In this document: piece after piece, positions 10,671 through 20,653 of the stretch
How the letters are laid out: the number at the start of each line of letters is the position of its first letter
How positions within the stretch are numbered: the first letter of the stretch is position 1
DNA from: an uncultured virus (IMG/VR IMGVR_UViG_3300028586_000785)
Taxonomy: Duplodnaviria > Heunggongvirae > Uroviricota > Caudoviricetes
IMG/VR virus record: IMGVR_UViG_3300028586_000785
DNA length: 64,000 nt
Direction: 5' to 3' (one strand)
The notes under the pieces: model-generated
Told to the model about the DNA's origin: nothing
The model's input: the letters and a program-made list of their open reading frames with translations, nothing else
Database searches by the model: none
Translations under genes and position numbers: made by a program

Positions 10671-11518
10671 TTGAACTCTTCTTCTAGAGAGGAGTATATT
10701 GCATCGGCGCTAGTTTTGCTAGCCCTAAGCAACTTTGTAACAGCTTCCCAGTAACCAGTCGGAGCCTGGTTGTGGAACTCCTGAATGATCTTGGGAGATA
10801 CGTTTTTGTTGAAGGCAATATCGGCAGCCTTATCAGCATAGAAGTCAATCTTGCCAGTCTTTTCCAACTCGACAACACCGGCAGCATAAGAGCTTCGACG
10901 ATCATCCTTTTTGACCTTGAAGTTACCAGCAGTCACCTTTTTCGCGTAACGGAGGATCTCTGATGGGAATAGTGCTTGGTGACCAACCATCAGAGCAACC
11001 TTGTCAGCAATCTCAATCAGATCATCTGCTTCGTACTTCTCGGTGATGAGTACGGCTGACTCGATATCTTCTGAACCCCAGTCGGCTCTTGTGGTTTCGA
11101 GAACACTCTCTACCTCGACAAAAGACATTCTCTGTCGATGACCGGGGTGTGGTTCAATCGAAGCACCTTCGCTTAGTGCGTTCAGTGCGAACTTGCGAAT
11201 CTTTGGGTTGGTGATAGCGGTGGTTAGTCTTCGGATGTCCTGAGGATCTCGTGTGCGGGGTTCAGTACGTGCCGCGCCCTCCACTACGTTTTCTAGTTCC
11301 TGTTCGCTCATACCTTCACTGAAGGCGCTACGGACTGCCTTAGCGAACTCTTTGTGGGTGGTCTTTGAATCTTCTCTCTCAGTGCGAAGGCACCACAACT
11401 TCCATAGTCTTGTAGTTGCCTTTGCCGCAGGATCTTTCGTGGATGAAGAGTGCGTGATGCTACCGCCACTATCCCAGTCATCAAACAAACTCAATGAGGA
11501 CATATCCTTCACCACCAA
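10625..11518 (-). CDS. Hypothetical helical protein, possible initiator partner of the DnaC-like ATPase
   Basis: 297-aa ORF overlapping the DnaC-like gene; function inferred from position only. Confidence 0.6.
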   Translation of the reverse strand: MVVKDMSSLSLFDDWDSGGSITHSSSTKDPAAKATTRLWKLWCLRTEREDSKTTHKEFAKAVRSAFSEGMSEQELENVVEGAARTEPRTRDPQDIRRLTTAITNPKIRKFALNALSEGASIEPHPGHRQRMSFVEVESVLETTRADWGSEDIESAVLITEKYEADDLIEIADKVALMVGHQALFPSEILRYAKKVTAGNFKVKKDDRRSSYAAGVVELEKTGKIDFYADKAADIAFNKNVSPKIIQEFHNQAPTGYWEAVTKLLRASKTSADAIYSSLEEEFNWHPSQREPITKGKR

Positions 11519-11555
11519 TCAATCTAGGTGGTGAAGATTAGCAGCGGTCAACTGG

Positions 11556-13586
11556 CTAGTCAACTTGAACGAACTCTTTTCTGCGATTTACCCATTCTGG
11601 TATCCATTTGTCTGCGTCTGTTTCACTACCGACATTCACAATGAGTAACTTGGCTGCTGACCGAGGTCGTACTTCCGCCCAAGGAAAGCAGCAGTCTGTA
11701 GAAGTGATAACGAGGTCTGGCTTGGGGTATTTCTTACCCTTGTGGACAAGCTTTCCTCGCATTAGCTTGTCTAGAATCTCTCCAAATCCTTGTGTTCCAC
11801 CAAAACCAAATGACCAGGCTAGTCTCACGTCTTCATCCCATCGTGATGTCTTGCCAACATCTCTGATGCTCATATCCGCTGAGAACCAAGTCACCTTGTC
11901 TCCGTAATTTGCTAGAACCTTCTTGCAGAGATCTGTAAACACCGTGGTGGACTTTGCCATCTTACCGGCATGCATAGACCCAGATACGTCTTGAAGTACA
12001 TAGATAGTCGGTGAGTATGAGAGAAGACCTTGCAGGATTGGTCCTATGGCTGCTTGGTTTGGATTCCTCACCGAATAGGACAGGTCTGATTGACCTTTGA
12101 TTTGGGTGCTACTCAACATAGCGTTTGCCAGCTTCATGAAGTGCCTATCCCAGTTGAGACCTTTCGCCTTTCGGTAGTTCTCGCGCCATACTCTCAACGA
12201 TCCTTCTAGATCGTCTCCAAACCCAGCCGGAGATATATCCTCCATCTCGTCAGAGAACTCACCGATGTCTTCGCTTAGCGCTTCAAAAGCGGCGGTAATT
12301 TCTCCCTGAGTTGGCTTGTCTGGTAACTCATAATCAGGCGTATCATCGTCTGGTTTCCATGCTGGATGGTCAATAAGGTCTGTGGGATTCTCCATTGAGT
12401 TCTGCCACATTTGTCCTAGCTCAGAACCTTGTAGCTCTCGAATCGCTTCGGCTTTGTCCCAGTCAGACATCTGCGCGGGGCTACCAGATTCTGATAGTTG
12501 ACCCTTGTCTTCGGTCGGTGAACCGTCCGTTGGCTCGGATGAATTAGAATACTCAGAACCCTCACCACTTGATTCCTGAGGATCACCCGACTCAGATTCG
12601 TCACCTTCATCTGTGCCATCACCTTCCTGATCATCAGACTCAGAACCACTTCCTTTGTTGTTCAGTCCTTCGGAAGAGCCACCTTCTCCGCCTTCGTCTT
12701 CACTTTGCTCATCTGAACCTTCACCGTCGCCATCAGAGTCTTCGTCACTTTCGCCATCGCCATCGGTGTCATCCTCGCTCGGTTCTTCATCGGAATCGCT
12801 TTCGGCACCATCGGCATCTTCCTGCTCATCTTCCTCTGATTCACCCTCTTGGCTTTCACCTGCTTGTTCATCTTCAGAATCTTCATCATCACTGCCTTCA
12901 TCTGACGTATCGGACTCTTCGTCTTGACCTTCTGGATCTTCTGAATCTGCCTCTTCTTCCGAGTCATCATCAGATTCGGAGGTATCACCGTCATCTTCTT
13001 CGGGAGGTGGTGGCTCTTCCATGAGCTTCTTGATCTCCTGGTGGTATTGCTCTGCACTAAGACCATCTTCCATACCCAGTACGCGAGGAATCCAGCCGTC
13101 ATCATCAAATCCGGGCGGAGCAGTGACATTCCAATTCTCTAGGTCGCGAGTGGTGAATAGGGCTGAATCTCCACAGATGCCGTAAACCATATCCATTGTG
13201 ACGTGCTTCTGCTCACGGTCAATGGTGCTGTTGATCTCTAAATCAAGCGCGGGTACCGCTTCTTCTCTCCACTGTTCGTCCTTGAGGAATTTGAAGCGTT
13301 GCCAACTATCTCTTGTGTGCCTTTGAAGCTCATGCTCAATTGCTCCTGCGAGATAGTGAAGAGGAACACTGAGGGCAAATAGCCTATCGACATAGATCCT
13401 AAAATCGCGATCAGTGGCAGTGGTAGAGCCATACGGCAAAACACCCTCTGAGTCTGGCATTACCTCTACAGGAACTATGACGAAGTTGTCCAAGAAGCGA
13501 CCCCACCAAGGCTTGATGACGGTGAGGTATCTCTTGGCGGCATTCACCTTTGCCCAAGGGAAACCTTCTTCGGGAGCGATAATCAC
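11556..13586 (-). CDS. DUF2201-like metallopeptidase-like/VWA protein (copy 1) with long acidic linker
   Basis: N-terminal ATDRDFRIYVD...IEHELQRH...DLEINS; about 200-aa D/E/S/G-rich linker; C-terminal VWA with MIDAS DVSGS, GFGGT and TD. Confidence 0.8.
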   Translation of the reverse strand: MIIAPEEGFPWAKVNAAKRYLTVIKPWWGRFLDNFVIVPVEVMPDSEGVLPYGSTTATDRDFRIYVDRLFALSVPLHYLAGAIEHELQRHTRDSWQRFKFLKDEQWREEAVPALDLEINSTIDREQKHVTMDMVYGICGDSALFTTRDLENWNVTAPPGFDDDGWIPRVLGMEDGLSAEQYHQEIKKLMEEPPPPEEDDGDTSESDDDSEEEADSEDPEGQDEESDTSDEGSDDEDSEDEQAGESQEGESEEDEQEDADGAESDSDEEPSEDDTDGDGESDEDSDGDGEGSDEQSEDEGGEGGSSEGLNNKGSGSESDDQEGDGTDEGDESESGDPQESSGEGSEYSNSSEPTDGSPTEDKGQLSESGSPAQMSDWDKAEAIRELQGSELGQMWQNSMENPTDLIDHPAWKPDDDTPDYELPDKPTQGEITAAFEALSEDIGEFSDEMEDISPAGFGDDLEGSLRVWRENYRKAKGLNWDRHFMKLANAMLSSTQIKGQSDLSYSVRNPNQAAIGPILQGLLSYSPTIYVLQDVSGSMHAGKMAKSTTVFTDLCKKVLANYGDKVTWFSADMSIRDVGKTSRWDEDVRLAWSFGFGGTQGFGEILDKLMRGKLVHKGKKYPKPDLVITSTDCCFPWAEVRPRSAAKLLIVNVGSETDADKWIPEWVNRRKEFVQVD

Positions 13587-14842
13587 GAATCTCTCCTAAC
13601 TCTTGTGATCGAACTTGTCACACGACTGGTGACCCATTTAGGTGTATGTAGTGCAGCAATGGTATTGACCATTGCATCCGACTCCACGTCAAACTGAGTT
13701 CGTGCTGGCGCGAGATCGTAGAACCTTTTTGCCTTGGGATGAAACACCTGTAGGGAGGTAAACCCTTGTGACGCTGTGAGTGGCATGGGGAACCAGTCAT
13801 ATGCATTAGCAGTGAATACCGACTCCACACCCTTCTTTTGCAGTGCGGTGTTGGTCACTGACTTGCCGATCTTATTGAGACCTTGAATCACACGCCATTC
13901 GAATCGGTTCATTCTCGCAGCACTATTGATGTTGACGAAAACAACTTTGATATCCATATCGCTAAGTGCCGCGATAGCAGCCCAGGCAGCAGCTTTGTTT
14001 TCTAGCTTGTCTCCACCCTTGTCATCGAGGTTAGAAGCACCGCTAGTTTCCAAGATGATGATTCCACCGTCTTTCGTAACGATAGCCGCATCACCAATAT
14101 TCTCTCTGAGGTCGTGACGCTTCTTGATGTCCTCACTCAAGAACAAAGATCCAAGGGTGGCTGCTTCTCCCCAAGAGCCAATTACTGCTGGGCATGACTC
14201 CATAGCTCGAATGACCAATTCACTCGCCGCGAGGTTGTGACGAATCGATGAACCGCTCCGGGAGCTATTGGTACCCACAGCGATATCGCGCCCCTGAGCG
14301 ACTAACTTGGCTTCTAGGTCAGTGAGTCTAGCCATCCACATCTCAAGCCTCTCAGTGGCGTTAGAGAGCCTCCAGAGGTATCCACTGCCGCCATCCTTGC
14401 GACCTTGCGTGTCCCTATTCATCCAAGCAGGAACTGCATTCTCGACAACTCCATACGAATACAAATCTCTTAGTGCTCGGTTGACATCACCAGGCTTGGA
14501 ATCAAGTAGCGAAGCCAGTTGAAACGTGGTCAATTGATGAAATTGAGCTAGCGAGGCTACACATCGTATACCAACAGAGGTATACACTTTGCTCTCTGCT
14601 GTGTCGATTGGGGCGAACACAGGCTCATTACTGGCATAGATGGTACCTAAGTTGTCTACGCTGTAGGAGAGCTTGGTGGCTGAGATGGTAGACCATTTGG
14701 TAGCTAGTGCATCAAGCCATTCGACTTCGTAAAACGGGTCAAGCCTATCTACCATACCCATTGACTTTCGCCTGGTTTGGTAGATAGGACTGATGTCCGC
14801 CTTGCGCACTTCGCCCGTTAGTTCATTCAGCAATCTTACCAT
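13583..14842 (-). CDS. Replication-relaxation family protein (putative relaxase)
   Basis: wHTH-like LAQFHQLTTFQLASLL...RALRDLYSYGVV, HNLAASEL, GDAAIV...IILET; adjacent to coupling protein; start re-called to MVRLL (14842). Confidence 0.65.
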   Translation of the reverse strand: MVRLLNELTGEVRKADISPIYQTRRKSMGMVDRLDPFYEVEWLDALATKWSTISATKLSYSVDNLGTIYASNEPVFAPIDTAESKVYTSVGIRCVASLAQFHQLTTFQLASLLDSKPGDVNRALRDLYSYGVVENAVPAWMNRDTQGRKDGGSGYLWRLSNATERLEMWMARLTDLEAKLVAQGRDIAVGTNSSRSGSSIRHNLAASELVIRAMESCPAVIGSWGEAATLGSLFLSEDIKKRHDLRENIGDAAIVTKDGGIIILETSGASNLDDKGGDKLENKAAAWAAIAALSDMDIKVVFVNINSAARMNRFEWRVIQGLNKIGKSVTNTALQKKGVESVFTANAYDWFPMPLTASQGFTSLQVFHPKAKRFYDLAPARTQFDVESDAMVNTIAALHTPKWVTSRVTSSITRVRRDS

Positions 14843-17588
14843 CCGTGAGCTTTGCGCGACGTTCACGCTCTTGCCACTCGTAGTATTCCACGATTGCATC
14901 CCCTACGGTAGTGTTTTGACGTAATAGGAACTCTGCCCACTTAGTCGCTAGCGGCACTCGTAGTGTGAACGGCGGAGTTGGTCTATCTCCGCGCTGCATA
15001 ACACCAACAGCAGTTCCATTGGGGAGGCTGTGGATATCGTTGGTACTGTAGATGTTCTGTTCCTCGGAAGCAGATGAAATCTCAGAGATAGCAGTACGTA
15101 GGTCATTGGATTCGTGAAGGTTGAACCAGAACTTTGTACGACTTGAAAGAACCGTAGACTTCGCTTGGAATGGCATCTGTGAAGGAGACTGTGAGCCTAA
15201 GAAGTAGGAAGCGCCTCGCGAACGACCTTCCTTTCCAGCCTCTGAAATGACGTTAGCAACGTCATCGTTATCGGAGTCAACGGCTACGTCAGCAACCTCA
15301 TCGAAGAACATGGGGATGCGCTTACCCTGAGCCTGCCAACCTGAGCATCTTGCCTTGATGGTGTTCCACAAGATGTAGTTGGTGATGAGCAGTAGCTTAC
15401 GCGCCGCCGAAGAGCCAACCGTGGAGTCATAGCTTCCACTAGGTAGGCGGAACGGACCCATGTTGAGCACGATGGGAGCAAAGTGGAATGGGAATTGAGA
15501 GACAGCCACGGCGGGTCTTTCATCCGGAGACCAGAGAACATTAGCCTCCGCCATCTGAGCAATCTTGTTCAAAGCTGGACCGAGTACACTTCCGCTCTGT
15601 GAGCTACGACGAAGAGCCGGGTCGAAGAATCGGCTTAGCTTTCCAATGGCAGCGCCAAGAACCTGTTCACGAGGGTCTTTTGTGCCCTTTGCTACCATCT
15701 CATTCTGTAGCTGAAGAATCCGCTCACCAATATCGATTGTGGACTCTCCACCGAGCAAAATGCGGGCAGTCTCAACGATGTTCGGCTTGACAATGTTGAC
15801 GTAGTTTTCCATTCCTAGGAACTCAAAGTCAGACTCATTCATTGTCATTGCGATGAGTAGCGAGTTGTAGAGAACCTCTCTAGATGCTGCCCTAATGCCA
15901 TCTCCATACGCGAATTGCATACCCGAAACAAGAACGTCGATGTTTGCGCGCACTTCATCTACGGAAGCGCCTTCGGAAAGCCTACGACCCTCTAGGGATA
16001 GCCTGTACTGCGAGCGAGGGTTGTGCGCCTCAATGAAAATCGCACGCTTGTGCTTGCGAGCGATCTCCCAAGCATCAGCAGCACCTTCACCCTTAGTCTC
16101 AGCCCAAATAGGTGTGATCTGTAGGTTATTGGTTCGCTCCAAACACGCCTTGACCGTTCCAGCGAAGATGACTTGGAGAAAGTTTGTCTTACCTGAGTTA
16201 GGCGCACCAGCGGTATACATCGAGTAGTGCAAATCAGTGATATCAAGTGATACCCATTGACCCGATCCACTCTGTCCATAGTAGATAGGGAACTTGGTAT
16301 CAATCATCGAGTTAGGGATACCACGAGAAAGCGAAGCTCCGGCATGGATATCGCCACCACCACGGCTGAATGCGGAGGGGAAGCTAAGGATCTCAAACAG
16401 CGCAATAGGACTGAGGTAATTGACTCGCTTAGTAGAAGGTGATGCTTCGTGCGACTCAACAGAGTTTCCTCCGTAGCGCATACCAAGCGTACGACTTTCA
16501 AAGAACCAACGAGGGTTCCAGAGCCAGAATACATACGGTGGCACATTGAACTCACCCATAGTGAGACGCTCTCTAACAGCCTCGATAGACATGGTGTTTG
16601 CCTTGAACAGCGAGAACCAACCAATACCAACAGAGAGAAGGATAAGCGGCACTCCGAGGAACCAGGGGATTCCCTGCACCACAGTGAAAAGCAGCGAAAT
16701 GATTGCCGCTACGGAGGACAGCACACCGCCCGTCTTGCCGACAGATGCCGCAGAGAATGGCTTGACGCTGTGCTGCCAACCACTTGTAGCAATGGAGTTG
16801 ACGGCGCTGCTCAATAGCGTAGTTGACATGGATCGTTTGCCCTGTGCTGGCATAGATGTAGAGGCAACAATGGTGGCTCGAATTGGCTGGTTGCTCATTG
16901 TCTGAGTCTGGACACCCATACCGTACTGCATGGAATCTCCACCAGAAGCGATGTTGTCTGCCGTGATGAATCCGGCAAGCTGCCTCTTTTCACCATCGGT
17001 CATGAACTCTGTAGTAACAACAAATGACGCAGCTACTTCCTTAGGAAGCCTTTCGAGTACAGTGGAGAGAGCTTTGGCAACAGAACCACCCTCCTTGACG
17101 GGGCTTGTTGCCTGTAGCGGAGAAGACTTGGCTCGGTAAGCAACCGAGATATCCTCGACGGGAATGTATGGCTGACTATCCATACGGTTGGCGCGAGCAC
17201 CTACCGACTGAGCAGCAATCCTGACCTGTGAGCCATCCCCGTAATGCTCAGAGCTAATGCCAAGGTAGAGGTGGATAGACGTATCTTCATGACGCGACCA
17301 CACATAGGAAATGACCCCTCTGTCACGGTGAGGAAAGCTGGACCTAACTGACTCAGCTAGAGTCACTAGACCTACTAGATCAGATGTGTGAATCTGGTCA
17401 TTTGGTCCCTCAAACTTACGGAAGTTGCCTTCATACTCGATCTCATTCCAAATGAATTCACCAATAAGCGCACCGCGCCTTTTTCTGGCTCTTTCACGGA
17501 TTACGTACCTACCGCTTGTAGCTACTGCGCCGATAAGAAGTGGCACCACAATGAGAGCCACCAGTACGATGAGAAAGTAATTCAACAC
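14823..17588 (-). CDS. Type IV coupling protein (VirD4/TraD-like ATPase)
   Basis: N-terminal TM plus internal TM pair; Walker A GAPNSGKT; Walker B FFDEVAD; EGRSRGASYFLGSQSPSQ. Confidence 0.8.
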   Translation of the reverse strand: MLNYFLIVLVALIVVPLLIGAVATSGRYVIRERARKRRGALIGEFIWNEIEYEGNFRKFEGPNDQIHTSDLVGLVTLAESVRSSFPHRDRGVISYVWSRHEDTSIHLYLGISSEHYGDGSQVRIAAQSVGARANRMDSQPYIPVEDISVAYRAKSSPLQATSPVKEGGSVAKALSTVLERLPKEVAASFVVTTEFMTDGEKRQLAGFITADNIASGGDSMQYGMGVQTQTMSNQPIRATIVASTSMPAQGKRSMSTTLLSSAVNSIATSGWQHSVKPFSAASVGKTGGVLSSVAAIISLLFTVVQGIPWFLGVPLILLSVGIGWFSLFKANTMSIEAVRERLTMGEFNVPPYVFWLWNPRWFFESRTLGMRYGGNSVESHEASPSTKRVNYLSPIALFEILSFPSAFSRGGGDIHAGASLSRGIPNSMIDTKFPIYYGQSGSGQWVSLDITDLHYSMYTAGAPNSGKTNFLQVIFAGTVKACLERTNNLQITPIWAETKGEGAADAWEIARKHKRAIFIEAHNPRSQYRLSLEGRRLSEGASVDEVRANIDVLVSGMQFAYGDGIRAASREVLYNSLLIAMTMNESDFEFLGMENYVNIVKPNIVETARILLGGESTIDIGERILQLQNEMVAKGTKDPREQVLGAAIGKLSRFFDPALRRSSQSGSVLGPALNKIAQMAEANVLWSPDERPAVAVSQFPFHFAPIVLNMGPFRLPSGSYDSTVGSSAARKLLLITNYILWNTIKARCSGWQAQGKRIPMFFDEVADVAVDSDNDDVANVISEAGKEGRSRGASYFLGSQSPSQMPFQAKSTVLSSRTKFWFNLHESNDLRTAISEISSASEEQNIYSTNDIHSLPNGTAVGVMQRGDRPTPPFTLRVPLATKWAEFLLRQNTTVGDAIVEYYEWQERERRAKLTDGKIAE

Positions 17589-17621
17589 GCCTCCTAGTTA
17601 TAGAGGACTCTGCCGATATTG

Positions 17622-18761
17622 TCAGAAATTGAAGTCACTATCGCTTGCTTGCTGAGTCCGCTGCGTCTCGTCGAACATCTGCTCGTCAACACTTCGGATG
17701 ACACGGTTACCCCGCTTAGCAAGTTCGTCGTTACGATACGCGAGCGACATTCTATCAATCATATCGGCGTGCATGTTGGAAACGACCTCTACGACATGCT
17801 GTGCTCGACCATTACTTCCAGAGAAGATCTGAGCGATAGCTTCGTCCATAGTTGCCTCTGCCTTGGAGATGAGACCCTTGCCTCTTTTGACCAAAGCTGA
17901 AAGTGCTGCAAAGCGCATCACGGCATCATTAGAGAAGGAAACTTGGTCAACTAGGTCGTACGAAAGACCCATGATAGCGTCGTCCGCAGAAGCCAAGTAT
18001 CGAGCAATCTGTGTCTTGACCGAGTAAATCTCATCGATGTAGCTAGAGATAGGCATGCCGGTCTGACGCGCACCGTCGATGTTGTTGGCGATAGTCTGCA
18101 AGGTGTTATACAGACCGAGCCAGTTGTCATTCTGATTGAGAATCATCTCGACATCAGTCTTAGCCGTTTCGCGCAGAGACCTAATTCGATTAATCTCTCG
18201 TTGCTGCATGGCGCGGATCTTTTCGAGTGCTGTATCGGCTGCATCGAGGACTTCAGAAGAGGCGTAGCCAGGAAGTCTATCCTGGTCACCGAAAACAACG
18301 GTATCTAGCACAGATGCAGCATCATTCATCAAGCTGTCGATATCAGCCGGGGTGTAATTGACACCCTTTACTACGGCGGGGTTCAACCACTGTAGTGTCT
18401 CGGGGTTGAGTAGACCAAACGAAAGCAGTTCATAGAACATTCGGATAGACCAACGTGCGGGGTCTCTCAGTTCCGCCTCGGTTGGAGCCGTAATTCTGGG
18501 ATCAATCCAGTAGATTGGGTGGAACAAGAAGCGGTTCGCTGTATTGCTAGGCGATAGCTTAGTCTTCTTCGGATTGGTTGGATCAATCTCCGGATACGGG
18601 ATAAAGGGGAAGCCAAATCCGTTCTCAGCAAACTGACCGGTCGTGAGACCAGAAATACGTGAAAATACACGTCTTAGTGTTGCGATCTCAGTAGCAGTGG
18701 ACAAGCGGAAAGGCTTGACGCTACCGAGGATTCTGTCTTCGCGAGAGAGCGACGTAACCAA
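17622..18761 (-). CDS. Hypothetical protein with helical C-terminal half
   Basis: 379-aa ORF co-oriented with the cluster; no recognised motif. Confidence 0.7.
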   Translation of the reverse strand: MVTSLSREDRILGSVKPFRLSTATEIATLRRVFSRISGLTTGQFAENGFGFPFIPYPEIDPTNPKKTKLSPSNTANRFLFHPIYWIDPRITAPTEAELRDPARWSIRMFYELLSFGLLNPETLQWLNPAVVKGVNYTPADIDSLMNDAASVLDTVVFGDQDRLPGYASSEVLDAADTALEKIRAMQQREINRIRSLRETAKTDVEMILNQNDNWLGLYNTLQTIANNIDGARQTGMPISSYIDEIYSVKTQIARYLASADDAIMGLSYDLVDQVSFSNDAVMRFAALSALVKRGKGLISKAEATMDEAIAQIFSGSNGRAQHVVEVVSNMHADMIDRMSLAYRNDELAKRGNRVIRSVDEQMFDETQRTQQASDSDFNF

Positions 18762-18856
18762 TTAAACCCCTAGTGATGAATGTTGTGCGTTCGTACGCAC
18801 CATGATACTTCGTTCGATGCAAGCAAGAACGATTATTGGAATAAAGCTGACCAGAC

Positions 18857-20593
18857 CTAAGACTCGTCTAGATCGAACTCACGAGGGTCAACCTGAGCAA
18901 CTGCATTTTCAAGCATCTCAAACTGTTCGTCGGTAATACGCTTGTGACTACGTAGCACCAAAAGGTTTCGAACTGTCTTCTTGGTGTCCACCTCTAGTTC
19001 AGGAATTGCCAAAGCTAGCTTGTTACTCGCAGCTTCGAAAATTGCGTCAATCAGGTCGTCGGGGTCAGAGATGATCTCAGGAGCATCAGCAGATGATTCC
19101 TCTTTAGCAACCTCTTTTTCCTCCACCACTGCGTTCGCGTTAGGAGCGATTGTCTCTCGCTGCTTAGGCTCTTTCTTGGCAGAGTCGTCCGGCCAGGAGC
19201 TAGCTTCTGGCTTGGATGACGATTCGAACGGCGATGCCGCAGGACGCTTCTTTAGCTCTTCAATGGAGTCCAAGATCTCGTCCGCTCGCTCAGTAATGTC
19301 ACGTAGTGCGGCATTGTTGGTGTGAGGAACGACAAACTGAATGAGAGTGGTCTCCAAGAGGACGCGGGGGTCGGACTGAGAGAACAGTGCATGTGACTCC
19401 CCTAGCTTCCTCATCATGTGAATCAGCTTGTCAGTGCCAACCTGTTCTGCCATGTCTACTACAACATCAAATTCAGCATCAGTCAGCTTGACCAACTCCG
19501 GCGCGTTGACAGCTAGGAGCATCGAGCGCCAGTACGAAAGCAGGGTCGAAGAGACCTCATTGATGCTGAGTCCATTCTCAATAGCAGCGGCAGTAGCAAC
19601 AACAACCTTTGCTACGTCTTTCTTGACGATTGCCTTGGTAATCGAAGAGCCGTGGTTCTCGTATGCAAAGGTCGCATCCGTATTGTGAGACAAAGCCTCC
19701 AGTGCAGCAAGTGCATCTCGGGGAGAACCCTTACCCTTGTAGACGACACCAGAAACCTGCTGTTCAGTCAACGAGATGTTTGCTCCTTCTGCAACCTCCT
19801 TGATAAGAGACTCCATGAGTGAGTCATTCAGCAAGTGGAACGAATACTTGGTTGCCCGCGAACGAATCGCAGCTTCAAGGCGCTCTGGGTTTGTAGTGCA
19901 AAGAATGAACACAACGTTGGGCGGCGGCTCTTCGAACGTTTTTAGAAGTGTTCCGTTAGCCTGCTTAGAGAGCAGGTGGACCTCATCGATGATGTAAACA
20001 TTCTTCTTTGAGCCATGAGCGAACTGGGTCTCGTTGATAAGACGACGTGCATCATCAACAGAGCTATTGCTTGCCGCGTCAATCTCTGTAACGCCCTCAG
20101 CGCCATTTCCAGCCCATACGTTGACGCATAGGTCACACACTCCACAAGGCTCTCCATCGCCCTTAGAATAGGGGCAGTTGAGCGCTGAGGCAAAGATACG
20201 AGCGGTCGTCGTCTTACCACAACCACGCTCGCCAGTGAACAGGTAAACGTTGGCAACTGTGTTATTGATTACTGCCGAACGAAGACCCCTAGCACTTTCA
20301 TCCTGACCAACAAGGTCGGCAAACTTACGCGGGCGGAACTTGCGGTACAGAACCTTGTATTCCTCCCCCTCGACTACCTTCTGAGTAGTGGGGGATGCAG
20401 GAACTGGAGTCTTATCTGTCTCTACGGACTTTACAACTTCGGCTCGCTTTGGCTCTTCCTCTGCCTCATCAACATCATCCGATTCGGTATCGATGTTGTC
20501 GCTATCGCTACTAGGGCTGTCTTCGTAGTCGCTTTCATCGACATCCTGATCGTCAGCCTCTAGCGCTTCGTCTTCTAGCGTAAATTTGGTCAA
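18857..20593 (-). CDS. dnaX: DNA polymerase III gamma/tau clamp-loader subunit
   Basis: LYRKFRPRKFADLVGQ, GERGCGKTT, C4 zinc module, EIDAAS, IIDEVHLL, LLKTFEEPP, SRA arginine finger; acidic N-terminal extension. Confidence 0.95.
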   Translation of the reverse strand: MTKFTLEDEALEADDQDVDESDYEDSPSSDSDNIDTESDDVDEAEEEPKRAEVVKSVETDKTPVPASPTTQKVVEGEEYKVLYRKFRPRKFADLVGQDESARGLRSAVINNTVANVYLFTGERGCGKTTTARIFASALNCPYSKGDGEPCGVCDLCVNVWAGNGAEGVTEIDAASNSSVDDARRLINETQFAHGSKKNVYIIDEVHLLSKQANGTLLKTFEEPPPNVVFILCTTNPERLEAAIRSRATKYSFHLLNDSLMESLIKEVAEGANISLTEQQVSGVVYKGKGSPRDALAALEALSHNTDATFAYENHGSSITKAIVKKDVAKVVVATAAAIENGLSINEVSSTLLSYWRSMLLAVNAPELVKLTDAEFDVVVDMAEQVGTDKLIHMMRKLGESHALFSQSDPRVLLETTLIQFVVPHTNNAALRDITERADEILDSIEELKKRPAASPFESSSKPEASSWPDDSAKKEPKQRETIAPNANAVVEEKEVAKEESSADAPEIISDPDDLIDAIFEAASNKLALAIPELEVDTKKTVRNLLVLRSHKRITDEQFEMLENAVAQVDPREFDLDES

Positions 20594-20653
20594 AGCAAGT
20601 TCTCCTTCGTTGCTGGAAGATAGTACAACAACGAAGGAGAACTTGCAACAGTC

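Noticed and set aside
12416..13129. Overlapping ORFs in several frames within the acidic linker
   Set aside because: Artefact of low-complexity D/E/S/G codons
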